A stretch of DNA of 64,000 bases from a bacterium (lineage in GTDB: Bacteria > RBG-13-61-14 > DATKZS01): contig CAXXFL010000005.1 in NCBI GenBank assembly GCA_963674965.2, positions 640,001-704,000 of the forward strand. Reading direction: 5' to 3'. A program made the position numbers and the translations under genes. The notes beneath the pieces are model-generated. The model saw only the letters and a list, made by a program, of their open reading frames with translations. It ran no database searches and was not told where the DNA came from. Shown here piece by piece: positions 49,638-59,289 of the stretch; the stretch's first letter is position 1; the number at the start of each line of letters is the position of its first letter.

Positions 49638-51401
49638 GTTCCAGTTGCGTAACTAGAAAAAGCCAATAAAAACAATGTGCTGTAAGCATTTTTCGCTTCC
49701 CTTTTTGGTCTTGATATGATACAATAACTCCTTGAAAAATCAAGGATTGACTTGCCGGGATGCTGTGAAGGGGGCGAAAAATGCGACCGAAAATTAAAAT
49801 GCAAATGACCATTGAAGACCACGAATTTTTGAAAGCGGGCCATCTTTTCAAACAAGACACTGAGCTTGAGAAGATGAGCATAGCGCTCGACGAGGCCAAG
49901 GAAATTCTGGAAGCTGTTGCCGATGATCTCCAAAGCGGACTCAAGGAGACCGGCGCCGAGGGGATGAGCGTCGAGCAGGTCCTTAGGAGCGCGGTCATCT
50001 ATCAACTCAAGTGTTATTCCTACCGGGAACTCGGCGACCGCCTCGGTTCCGATTACAATTTCCGCAAGTTCACCAGGTTCTTCGGGCGGGACATTCCCCA
50101 TTTCAGCAGCCTGGAGCGGGCGATAAAACGCATCCGCCCCGAGACCTGGGAGCGGATCAACGAAATGCTCGTGGCCCTGGCCATTAAAAAAAAAGTAGAA
50201 GACGGCGAGGCGGTCCGCGCTGACACCGCGGTGGCCGAGGCCAACATCCACTATCCGACCGACGCTTCGCTTCTTTTTGACAGCATCCGTGTATTGGACC
50301 GGTTGATGAAAGGAGCGCGGAAGGAGCTGCCGGGTCTCGGGTTCGAATATCATGACCGGACTCGGCGGGCCAAGAAGCGCGCTTACCAGATCGCCATGGG
50401 CAAAGGCAAAGGGATCGAGAAGAAACGGGCGGTCTGGTACCGGGACCTTCTCAAGGTTTCGGCGGAAATCTTGGCCATGGCCCGCTCGGCGCGGGAGGCG
50501 CTGGACGAGGCCCTTAAAGGCGGAGAGCTTTATTTCAGCGATGCGGGCCTGGCAACCATGATCAAGAGCGAACTCGATCATTACCTGCCGCTTTCTGAGC
50601 AGTGCGTCGAGCAGTGCGAGCGGCGGGTTATAAAAGGCGAGAAGGTTCCCGCGCAAGAGAAGGTGGTTTCCGTTTTCGAGCCGCACGTTGATATCATCCG
50701 GAGAGGCAAGACCATGAGCCCGACCGAGTTCGGTCACAAGGTGATGGCGGCGACGGGAAGGTCGGGGATTGTGCTTCAATATAAAGTGTGCGAGGGCAAC
50801 CCTTCCGACGCCGACCTTTTCGAGGACATTTTGCAAAAACACGTCCGCCTGTTCGGCAAGGCTCCACGCGAGTTTACCGGCGACCGCCGCTTCTATCATG
50901 AGGACAATGAGAAGCTTGCGACCGAAGGTCCTTATTATATCGAGCGCCTGGCCATTCCCAAGCCCGGCAAAAGGAGTTCGGAGCGGATCGAGCACGAGCG
51001 TCAGCGCTGGTTCAAGAAGCTTCTTCGCTTCCGGGCCGGGATCGAGGGCGGCCTTTCCGCCCTTCTTCGCGGCTTCGGTCTGAGCCGATGCCTGTGGAGA
51101 GGTTTCGAGAGCTTCAAGTCCTGGGTGGGTCTTTCGTTCTTTGCCTGGAACCTTCGAAAACTCGCGCTGCTGACTTAGCCGCCGCCGGGCGCGCCCCTGT
51201 GGGGGCAATGAAAAACGGAAATGAAAAACAGCAAAAGGAGAGGTGTTTTTTGAAAGGATAGAAAAGGGCCGGCTCAGGCATTCAACTCGCCTGAAAGCGT
51301 TAAAATCTTTTCCGTCCTTTATGGACGCCCTGAAAATCTGCATGTCCATATCCTCTCCGCACCGCATAATGAAAGCCATTAAGCAGTTGTGCAACAGAAA
51401 C
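49638..51401 (+). mobile_element. Complete insertion sequence (IS5-like/ISNCY DDE type), 1764 bp
   Basis: Imperfect 17-bp IRs: GTTCCAGTTGCGTAACT and reverse-complemented GTTTCTGTTGCACAACT (13/17 match). Flanking direct repeat TAAATA at 49632-49637 and 51402-51407 (or CTAAATAG if the ends are shifted by 1 nt). Confidence 0.88.
49781..51178 (+). CDS. DDE transposase
   Basis: RADTAV..NIHYPTD, EKVVSVFEPH, EFGHK, GDRRF, RAGIEG. Confidence 0.92.
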   Translation: MRPKIKMQMTIEDHEFLKAGHLFKQDTELEKMSIALDEAKEILEAVADDLQSGLKETGAEGMSVEQVLRSAVIYQLKCYSYRELGDRLGSDYNFRKFTRFFGRDIPHFSSLERAIKRIRPETWERINEMLVALAIKKKVEDGEAVRADTAVAEANIHYPTDASLLFDSIRVLDRLMKGARKELPGLGFEYHDRTRRAKKRAYQIAMGKGKGIEKKRAVWYRDLLKVSAEILAMARSAREALDEALKGGELYFSDAGLATMIKSELDHYLPLSEQCVEQCERRVIKGEKVPAQEKVVSVFEPHVDIIRRGKTMSPTEFGHKVMAATGRSGIVLQYKVCEGNPSDADLFEDILQKHVRLFGKAPREFTGDRRFYHEDNEKLATEGPYYIERLAIPKPGKRSSERIEHERQRWFKKLLRFRAGIEGGLSALLRGFGLSRCLWRGFESFKSWVGLSFFAWNLRKLALLT

Positions 51402-51456
51402 TAAATAGAGAACGTAGAAGAATCGGCGGGTTCACCTATTTTAGAGGGAGACAATT

Positions 51457-52821
51457 ATGAGCAAGATATACAAGCTGATGGGTATTTTACTGGTTACTTT
51501 TATTGTGATGGGAACCATGGGCCTCAGGTGCGGCCCCCGCGACCTTGACAACCGCAATAAGGTCCAATCGCTACTGAATCGGATTGACGCCCAGGCCGCG
51601 ACCAACCCGGGTCCGTCCACCGTGTCAACCAATTTCACTACCTTCACGGAGACGAGCTTCACCTCCCAGGACGGTACGTGGACGGAGATCGCGGCAAATG
51701 GAAACGTGGAGGATATTTACCTATATCTGACGTCCAGTTACACTGAATCCACCTGCTGGGTGAATTCATCCTGGACTTCCACGCATACCGTAAGCTCGAG
51801 TTGGATTACGACTCTGATATCTTCCTGGACAAGTTGCAGTACATGGTCCACTAGCGCGATAACGGACGCCTGGGACGGCTACGGGTTCCTGAACATTATC
51901 GACGGCGGCCAGGGCCAGCCCTTCCGCGGCGTCAGCTCCGGAGTGGCGCTGGAGGACTCGAACAACGAACTGGTGCTTCCGCCCCAGACCTTGATGGGCC
52001 TCCAGGTGGCGCGCAAGGTATACGCCAACCCCAACGGCTCCGAGGCCACCAAGGATAACTTCATCCGCTGGCTTGAGATACTGACCAACAACACGGCCTC
52101 CCCCATCACGGTGGACCTGGTTATCGGCGGAAACGGCGCCCATAACACGATTATGGACACGGCCGACGGAGACTCGATCATGGAGCCGGGCGTCGATAAC
52201 TATTACCTTTCCAGGGACGAGAATTCCAACAATAACTGGATTCCATATCTTGGCAACCTGCTCGACGGCACCATGGGCGTGGACGACGGCGTGGACCGGG
52301 TAATTCAGGGACAAAGCGGCGGGAGCATCCTTGATTATGACCAAACCACGGGATGGACCATAAATCCATACGCCACCAGCACGCATACCCAGGCGGCAAA
52401 CTTCGACGACGTGATCCATTCCTGGACCGGCGTTACGGTAAATCCGGGCGAGACGAAAATCCTCATGCACATGGAGATCATGGCCTATAACAAGCCGGCC
52501 GGCGGCACGGTGTCCAACGTGAGGTCCATGGCCGAGGGCCTCGAGACGGCCCCCGCCAAGGCCGTGGCCGGCATGGACTCGGACGAAAAGAACGCGGTCA
52601 TCAACTGGCCGGCGGCGCGAAACAACTGCAACGTCACGGCGCCCGCTCATTCGGCCCCCGCCGGGACCCTTATCGGAATAACCAATCTGAACACCCTTGT
52701 GACCGCCCAGAGCTACGCCCTGCGCGACGGCAGCTTCGGCGTGTGCATCGACGCCGGCGCGGGAGACGAGCTCGAGGTCTCGGCCAACGGAAAGGTGGTG
52801 GGGACCATTACCGCTCAGTAA
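51457..52821 (+). CDS. Putative lipoprotein or exported protein with an S/T/W-rich segment
   Basis: Signal peptide ending MGLRC; T/N/G-rich beta-type composition. Confidence 0.75.
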   Translation: MSKIYKLMGILLVTFIVMGTMGLRCGPRDLDNRNKVQSLLNRIDAQAATNPGPSTVSTNFTTFTETSFTSQDGTWTEIAANGNVEDIYLYLTSSYTESTCWVNSSWTSTHTVSSSWITTLISSWTSCSTWSTSAITDAWDGYGFLNIIDGGQGQPFRGVSSGVALEDSNNELVLPPQTLMGLQVARKVYANPNGSEATKDNFIRWLEILTNNTASPITVDLVIGGNGAHNTIMDTADGDSIMEPGVDNYYLSRDENSNNNWIPYLGNLLDGTMGVDDGVDRVIQGQSGGSILDYDQTTGWTINPYATSTHTQAANFDDVIHSWTGVTVNPGETKILMHMEIMAYNKPAGGTVSNVRSMAEGLETAPAKAVAGMDSDEKNAVINWPAARNNCNVTAPAHSAPAGTLIGITNLNTLVTAQSYALRDGSFGVCIDAGAGDELEVSANGKVVGTITAQ

Positions 52822-52840
52822 ACCATGAAGCTTTGACCGG

Positions 52841-52878
52841 AGGGGGATGCTATAATATTTGCATCCCCCTTTGTTTTT
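52841..52878 (+). terminator. Terminator hairpin whose loop contains TATAAT
   Basis: AGGGGGATGC-TATAATATTT-GCATCCCCCT-TTGTTTTT. Confidence 0.7.
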
Positions 52879-52890
52879 GGATTGGAAAGA

Positions 52891-55281
52891 ATGAAAGCTA
52901 TTAAATTAAAGTCCGTCGTCTTGCTCGCGGCCGTTCTTCTTGCGCCGTCTTTTTTTTGCTCCCTCTCCTGCAAGGGCAAGTCCGCGCGGCCCAACGTGAT
53001 TATCGTGACCCTGGACACCACCAGGGCCGATCACATTGGCTGCTATGGCAACAATAACATCGAAACCCCCGTCATGGACCGCCTGGCCAAGGAGGGCGTC
53101 CGTTTCGACAGGCTCTACGCCTCGGCTCCCATTACTTTGCCCAACCACGCGTCCATCTTGACGGGGACCCATCCGGCTTTCCATGGGGCGAGAAACAACG
53201 GGACCTTCAAGGTTGACGAGTCCATTACCACGGCGGCCGAGATTTTCAAGAATCGGGGCTACCAGACCGCCGGATTTATCGCGTCCTTTCCCCTGCTCGC
53301 GCGCTTCGGACTGGACCAGGGCTTTGACGTTTACGACGACCGCATCGAGGAGGGAAAGGAAAAGCGGACCTTCCTGTTCCAGGAGCGGCGGGCCGAGGAC
53401 GTTAACCGCGCCGTGTTCAACTGGCTCGATAAACGCCAGGATGGCCCCTTTTTCGTCTGGGTACATTACTTCGATCCTCATTTCTCTTATGAAGCTCCCT
53501 CCCCATATCGCGAGAAATACTTCTTCGAGCCCTATGACGGCGAGATCGCCTACGCGGACGCCCAGTTGGGAGAGCTATTGTCAAGGTTCCGGGAAAAGGG
53601 CCTTTTGGAAAACGCTATCGTGGTGGTCACGGCCGACCATGGAGAAAGCCTGGGCGAGCATAAAGAGAAGACTCACGCCATCCTGATATATTACGCCACC
53701 GTTCAAGTGCCGCTGATAATATGGGCGCCCGGCATTCTGCCCGCGGGCCAGGTCGAAGAGGACCTGGTCAGGTCCATCGATATCCTGCCGACGGTGCTTG
53801 ATTACGCCGATATCGAGGTCCCCTCCGACGTTCAGGGCGTAAGCCTTCGGCCTCTGATCGAGGACCGGGAGGACTCTCTCGATCTTATCGCCTATACCGA
53901 GACTCTGGCCCCGTTCCTGCACTTTCACTGGACCCCCTTGGAGAGCGTCCGTACCAACGAGTGGCTCTACATTCACGCCGAGCCCGAGGAATTATATAAC
54001 CTGAAGAACGACCCCAAGGAACTTGATAACCTGGCCGATGCCGAGCCCAAGACCCTGGCCCGGACGCGAGATATCTTCAAAAAGGAAAAGAACGCCATCC
54101 AAAACCCCAGCCCCGTGGACGGGACCATCCGCATGGACGCGGAAACTCAGGACCGGCTTCGGGCGCTCGGGTATATCCAGTCCGCCACCGTGGCTCCGGA
54201 CCCTGACGAGCGTCTGCCCAACCCCCGGGACCTGGTAGGCAACCTGGAGATATTCTATAAGGGACAGTCGGCCATGACTGCGGAGCAATATGAAGCGGCC
54301 ATCGAAATATTCGATTCAGTCCTGGAAAAAGACCCCAACTTCGGCCGGGCCCACCTGGAGAAGGGATTTTGTTATTTCAAAATGGGAGAGCTTGACAAGG
54401 CCCTCGAGTGCTATAACCTGGCGGAGAAATTCCTTCCCACGCCCGAGACGTACATGGGCCGCGCCCAGGTATTTCTTTCCCTCAAGAAAAAAGACGAGGC
54501 TAAAAAGGACCTCGAGACCACCATGGAAATGGACCCGTCCCATTCCGCTTCCCGAATACTTATGGCCAAGCTTTACTTGACGGAAAAGAACGTCAAGGAC
54601 GCTTACCGTTTGCTTCTCGAGGCGGTCAAGGCCAACCCTCGCTCCGAGGTGGCCCATTACGAGCTGGGCCGATTCTACAAGGTCACCGGCAACCCGATCG
54701 AGGCCAAAAACGAGTTCCTGGAGGCTCGGGACGCGAACCCCAACTTTGCCCAGGCCGCCTATGAGCTGGGTTCGCTTCAGATAGACGGGGGGGAATCGGA
54801 GGAGGGATTGAAAAATCTTCAACTGGCCGTGCAAAGGAACCCGAAGTTCAGCCCGGCCCACGCCAGGATGGCCCAGTACTACCTCGACCAGGACCAGTTG
54901 ACCCGTGCCGAGTCCCATATCGAGGTCGCCCTGGCGATCGATCCGTCCAGCGCGGAGGCGCACTTTGTTAATGGCAACCTTTTAATTAAAAAGGGTAATC
55001 TTCCCGGGGCCTACGCCGAGTTCACGGAAGCGGTCAAAGAAAATCCCCGCCACGCCCTGGCGCACAAGAACCTGGGCTCGATCCTGGCCATCATGGGGGA
55101 CTCGGAAAAGTCCATCCTGCATTACAAGCTCTCCCTGGAGCTGGCTCCCAACCAGCCCATGGCGGAAAAAATCAAAGCCGCCCTCAAGGAAATGGGCGCA
55201 GATCCCTCCACGCCGGCGGCTCCCGAAACGTCGATTATTCCTCCAGCCGACTCGATGGAAGGGCTTCCTGAAGACCAATAA
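52891..55281 (+). CDS. Sulfatase-like (alkaline phosphatase superfamily) hydrolase with C-terminal TPRs
   Basis: DTTRADH, TLPNHASILTG, HYFDPH, YDGEI, TADHGE; TPR repeats; lipoprotein-like signal. Confidence 0.9.
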   Translation: MKAIKLKSVVLLAAVLLAPSFFCSLSCKGKSARPNVIIVTLDTTRADHIGCYGNNNIETPVMDRLAKEGVRFDRLYASAPITLPNHASILTGTHPAFHGARNNGTFKVDESITTAAEIFKNRGYQTAGFIASFPLLARFGLDQGFDVYDDRIEEGKEKRTFLFQERRAEDVNRAVFNWLDKRQDGPFFVWVHYFDPHFSYEAPSPYREKYFFEPYDGEIAYADAQLGELLSRFREKGLLENAIVVVTADHGESLGEHKEKTHAILIYYATVQVPLIIWAPGILPAGQVEEDLVRSIDILPTVLDYADIEVPSDVQGVSLRPLIEDREDSLDLIAYTETLAPFLHFHWTPLESVRTNEWLYIHAEPEELYNLKNDPKELDNLADAEPKTLARTRDIFKKEKNAIQNPSPVDGTIRMDAETQDRLRALGYIQSATVAPDPDERLPNPRDLVGNLEIFYKGQSAMTAEQYEAAIEIFDSVLEKDPNFGRAHLEKGFCYFKMGELDKALECYNLAEKFLPTPETYMGRAQVFLSLKKKDEAKKDLETTMEMDPSHSASRILMAKLYLTEKNVKDAYRLLLEAVKANPRSEVAHYELGRFYKVTGNPIEAKNEFLEARDANPNFAQAAYELGSLQIDGGESEEGLKNLQLAVQRNPKFSPAHARMAQYYLDQDQLTRAESHIEVALAIDPSSAEAHFVNGNLLIKKGNLPGAYAEFTEAVKENPRHALAHKNLGSILAIMGDSEKSILHYKLSLELAPNQPMAEKIKAALKEMGADPSTPAAPETSIIPPADSMEGLPEDQ

Positions 55282-55298
55282 ACTTTCGCGTCAACTTC

Positions 55299-55367
55299 CG
55301 CCCAGATTGAAGATGATGGGTTTAAATCTTATTATTATTGGCGAACTTATCTTGCAATTCGCTGTCC
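55299..55367 (+). repeat. 69-bp direct repeat, copy 1
   Basis: 62/69 identical to 57389-57457. Confidence 0.9.
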
Positions 55368-55464
55368 ATAGGGATGTCAATAATACGTATCTCTTGTGAT
55401 GACTTTTATAATACAACTTCCATTTAGCGCCGGAATGTTATAAGCTCCTTATAAATAACGGGAG

Positions 55465-56325
55465 GTGAAGAGCATGAAATACTATACACCAATATATCTG
55501 GCTTTGCTTTTCTTCTTTCTTGCGCCTCATGCCTCATTGGCGGGAAGGATTCATGAGGCGACTTCCGCCGGAGATATCGAAACCGTAAAGTCCATTTTAC
55601 TTAAGGACCCCAAAAAAGCCAACGCAAAGGACTTATCCTGCGGATGTACTCCACTACATATCGCTTCCGAGGAAGGTAAAAAAGAGATCGTTAAATTACT
55701 GATCGAGCATGGCGCCGACGTAAATTCCAGGAAAAGCATTGTCAAATACATCCCTCTCCATATGTGCTCCTTCAAGGGCCACAAGGAAATAGCCGAGATA
55801 CTGATAGAAAACGGGTCCCAGTTGAACGCCATGACCAATGAAGGCCACACCCCGCTTCATTTCGCGGCGGTTGAGAACCAATTGGAGATCGTCAAACTTC
55901 TTCTCGAGAAGGGCGCCGATTACAACGCCAAGGACGGGAAGGGCCGAACGCCTATCAAGCTGGCGGCCGGGGAGGACAACTGGAGAGTGGTCGAGGCTTT
56001 CATCGACCATGGCGTGGACGTGGACTTAAAGGACGAAAACGGACTTTCTACTTTAGCTTACGCGGCGGGAAACGGATACGCTGAAATGATGAGAATGCTT
56101 ATCAAGAAAGGCGCAAACGTTAACGAGCCAGCCGGAATTATGGGATACACGCCATTAATAATCGCGGCCTCGCAAAATCAGACGACGTCGTGCAAAATCC
56201 TGATCGAAAACGGCGCCGACGTAAACAAGGCAAGCCTCGAGGGCATAACCCCTTTATCAATCGCCAGGCAAGCGCGTCACGATGATCTTGCCGAGTTGCT
56301 TATTGAAAATGGCGCCAAAGAATAA
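55465..56325 (+). CDS. Exported ankyrin-repeat protein
   Basis: Signal peptide; repeated G-TPLH-A...LL..GADVN. Confidence 0.93.
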   Translation: MKSMKYYTPIYLALLFFFLAPHASLAGRIHEATSAGDIETVKSILLKDPKKANAKDLSCGCTPLHIASEEGKKEIVKLLIEHGADVNSRKSIVKYIPLHMCSFKGHKEIAEILIENGSQLNAMTNEGHTPLHFAAVENQLEIVKLLLEKGADYNAKDGKGRTPIKLAAGEDNWRVVEAFIDHGVDVDLKDENGLSTLAYAAGNGYAEMMRMLIKKGANVNEPAGIMGYTPLIIAASQNQTTSCKILIENGADVNKASLEGITPLSIARQARHDDLAELLIENGAKE

Positions 56326-56359
56326 GGACGGCCACAAGGCTTTTAAAGGGAGGAGTCAA

Positions 56360-57379
56360 ATGATTAAGCGTTTTCTTATAGCCCTATTTCTGATCACGAT
56401 CACCTTCACTGGAACTTCGGCTTTTGCCGCCAAAATACATAAAGCCGCCGAGCGGGGCGACGTGGACGCGGTAAGAAAAATTCTTAAAAGGGGCGCCAAG
56501 AAGGTTAATTCCACGGGCTACAATAATAATACCCCCCTCCATATCGCGGCGGAAAACGATCATAAGGAGTTGGTTAACGTTCTTTTGGAGGCGGGAGCTG
56601 AAATTGAGGCGCAAAACGATAAAAAAAATACTCCTCTCCATCTTGCCGCCAAGTCCGGGCATAAAGACATATGCGCTTTGCTTCTTGAAAAAGGAGCCAG
56701 GATAGACGCAAAAGCGGAAAACGGGAACACGCCTCTACATCTTATTGAGGACCCGGATACCGCGGCGTTTCTGATTGAAAAGGGGGCGGATGTCGAAGCC
56801 GGCAATGAAAAAGGAGAAACGCCTTTGCATCGGGTCGCCTACAGGGGAAGCATGGACGTTATTAAGCTTCTTCTTTCAAAAGGAGCCGAGTTGGAATCAC
56901 GCGATAATGACGGCCGTACTCCGCTCTATAAAGCGGTGGATGGGGATGAACTGGAAGTCGTCAAGTTCTTTCATAAAGAGGGAGCTGATATTAACGCCAA
57001 GGATAAGGAGGGGCTGACTCCTCTGGCTTACGCCGCTCAGTCAAGAAAGATTGGCGGCTTAAACTACCAGGGCCAAGCATCCGCGCCGCCATTTTTAAAC
57101 GCTTCGGTTTTCACCATCGAGTTCGTCAACAACGATGAAATGGTCAAGGCCCTTATCGAGGAAGGCGCCGCGGTGGACGCAGAGGACAGTAACGGGTCCA
57201 CCGCTTTGCATCACGCCGCGGCTAAAGGCTACTCCAGCGTGGTTGAAATACTATTGGACAATGGCGCCGACGTTAACGCGCGCAATAACGACGGCAAGAC
57301 TCCACGGGACCTCGCCCTTGAAAACGAGCAACAAGAAACGGCTCAAGTTCTCGAAAAACGCGAGCAAACTCCAGATTGA
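56360..57379 (+). CDS. Exported ankyrin-repeat protein
   Basis: RBS GGGAGGAG; signal peptide; multiple TPLH ankyrin repeats. Confidence 0.93.
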   Translation: MIKRFLIALFLITITFTGTSAFAAKIHKAAERGDVDAVRKILKRGAKKVNSTGYNNNTPLHIAAENDHKELVNVLLEAGAEIEAQNDKKNTPLHLAAKSGHKDICALLLEKGARIDAKAENGNTPLHLIEDPDTAAFLIEKGADVEAGNEKGETPLHRVAYRGSMDVIKLLLSKGAELESRDNDGRTPLYKAVDGDELEVVKFFHKEGADINAKDKEGLTPLAYAAQSRKIGGLNYQGQASAPPFLNASVFTIEFVNNDEMVKALIEEGAAVDAEDSNGSTALHHAAAKGYSSVVEILLDNGADVNARNNDGKTPRDLALENEQQETAQVLEKREQTPD

Positions 57380-57388
57380 GAAATTTTA

Positions 57389-57457
57389 CGCCCAAATTGA
57401 AGACAATGGGTTTTTATCTTTTTATTATTGGCGAACTTATCATGCAATTCGCTGTCC
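57389..57457 (+). repeat. 69-bp direct repeat, copy 2
   Basis: 62/69 identical to 55299-55367. Confidence 0.9.
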
Positions 57458-58184
57458 GAAGAGACAACGGTAATCCCTAGCGAGGCAGTACTTATCAACG
57501 CTGAAGGAAAAGCAAGGAGGAACAGGGATGTCAAATCTAGAGCACGCGATTAGATTCAAAAGAGGAGGCGGTCATGGCTAAAGGCAAATTACTGTAGGCC
57601 CAGGGACTCCATACTTAATTTGCTATATGCACGAGTATTTTTTTCGAGTGCCCGAGATAACATTGCGTCTCCCGCTTTTATTAAGCTATTCAAAATCCGG
57701 CCTTTATAAATATCATTGCCAATATTGTCATAAGATATGGGAAACGTTAATAATGAAGCATGACGTCCCCATATCATACTGAAACGTAATTCATTCTCGG
57801 AATATCAAACTCCCCGACCTGCTCGCTATGCTCGCCCATATAGCGGAACTATATTTGTTTCGTATGGGCCGGTGGGAAAGACGCGGTAACGAGAAATACG
57901 CGGCCCCGTGCCCATCCCGCTTCGCGGGACCCGCGCGGTTTCTTTGAAACCGGACGGGTCACCCGGCGTCCCGCGGCTTTCACGCGATGACGGCATGGCG
58001 ATCCAAGTCAGGCCCCGGCGGCGCGACCCGAGTTATGCTTTGAAAATCGAGTCTTAAGCGGGCCATTATCGTCCTCTCACGCTCGGCGGTCCCGGCGTGG
58101 CCAGATTGTCCGCTTAAACGCCGGGATATTCCCGGCCTTGGGCGGCTTTTTGGTTTTTGGCCTGTTGTTTTTCCATGGTTACCG

Positions 58185-58306
58185 TGCTACACTTCCATAT
58201 TTAACCATCTCACACGCGCGCTCGTCCGCTCCTGGTTCCGGCCTTGCCGGTGGGGGCGAATACCAGGCGGCGCGCGGAGGTAAAAACCAAAGCGGAGGAA
58301 TTGACA
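58185..58306 (+). promoter_or_regulatory. rpsB extended -10 promoter and S2-type autoregulatory leader
   Basis: TGcTACACT; leader CACACGCGCG...GGTG...CGCGCGGAGG-TAAAAACC resembles the conserved rpsB leader. Confidence 0.65.
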
Positions 58307-59215
58307 ATGGCGGTAATCACCATGAAGCAGCTCTTGGAGGCCGGCGTACATTTCGGCCATCAGACCAAGCGCTGGAACCCGAAAATGAAGCCCTATATTT
58401 ATGGGGCGAGGAACGGCATCTACATCATCGACCTTCAGAAGACGGTGAAGATGTTCAAGAACGCCTACCAGTACGTACAGGACACGGTGGGGGCGGGCGA
58501 GGAAATCCTTTTCGTCGGCACCAAGCGGCAGGCCACGGACACGATCCAGGAGGAGGCCGAGCGGGCGGGCATGCATTTCGTGAACAACCGCTGGCTTGGC
58601 GGTACCCTCACCAACTTCAAGACCATCAAGACCTCGGTCGACCGGCTTCGACGCATCGAGCAGATGGCGGCCGAGGGCAAACTCGATCTTCTGTCCAAAA
58701 AGGACGTTTTGAAGATTCAGCGTATCTACTCCAAATTGGAGAAGAACCTGGGAGGGATCAAGAACATGGACAAGCTTCCGGGCGCCATGTTCGTAATAGA
58801 CCCTCGCCGTGAGAAGATCGCCGTGGCCGAGGCCAACAAGCTTGGCATCCCGGTGGTGGCGGTGGTCGATACCAACTGCGATCCCGACCCCGTGGATTAC
58901 CTTATCCCGGGCAACGACGACGCCATCAGGGCTATCCGTCTTTTCGCCGGCAAGATGGCCGACGCCTGCCTCGAGGGCAGGGAGATGCATCAGAAGCTCC
59001 TTCGCACCGAGCCGGACTCGATGGAGGCGGCGGTGGGCAAGGAAGGAGACGCGGTCGGCGAGGAAGTCAAAAAGGGCCCGGTGGTCGAGCGCATCCAGGA
59101 CCTTATTTCCGGCGAGCTTGGCGAGGGGGCCGAGGAGGAGGACGCGGACCAGGATACCGATTCTTCTCCTGACGATGTACCCGACAAGGACGCGGACGAG
59201 GAAGATTCCCAGTAA
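58307..59215 (+). CDS. rpsB: 30S ribosomal protein S2
   Basis: [31 protein letters not shown]; acidic tail. Confidence 0.98.
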   Translation: MAVITMKQLLEAGVHFGHQTKRWNPKMKPYIYGARNGIYIIDLQKTVKMFKNAYQYVQDTVGAGEEILFVGTKRQATDTIQEEAERAGMHFVNNRWLGGTLTNFKTIKTSVDRLRRIEQMAAEGKLDLLSKKDVLKIQRIYSKLEKNLGGIKNMDKLPGAMFVIDPRREKIAVAEANKLGIPVVAVVDTNCDPDPVDYLIPGNDDAIRAIRLFAGKMADACLEGREMHQKLLRTEPDSMEAAVGKEGDAVGEEVKKGPVVERIQDLISGELGEGAEEEDADQDTDSSPDDVPDKDADEEDSQ

Positions 59216-59289
59216 GGTCGGGTTAATTAACCAAATCGCCGGGGCCGTTTGCCTCGGCTTTTACCCAGATACTCCAGGAGGATGGAAAA

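Noticed and set aside
49631-51394. 587-aa antisense ORF spanning the IS
   Set aside because: Shadow of the transposase with no recognisable domain; its near-coincidence with the IS ends is noted but not supported as a gene.
51742-51861. Diversity-generating retroelement variable repeat or RiPP core
   Set aside because: No reverse transcriptase, template repeat or modifying enzymes in the window.
55299-57457. Integron attC sites
   Set aside because: The repeat lacks clear RYYYAAC/GTTRRRY ends and the long imperfect palindrome; no integrase is present.
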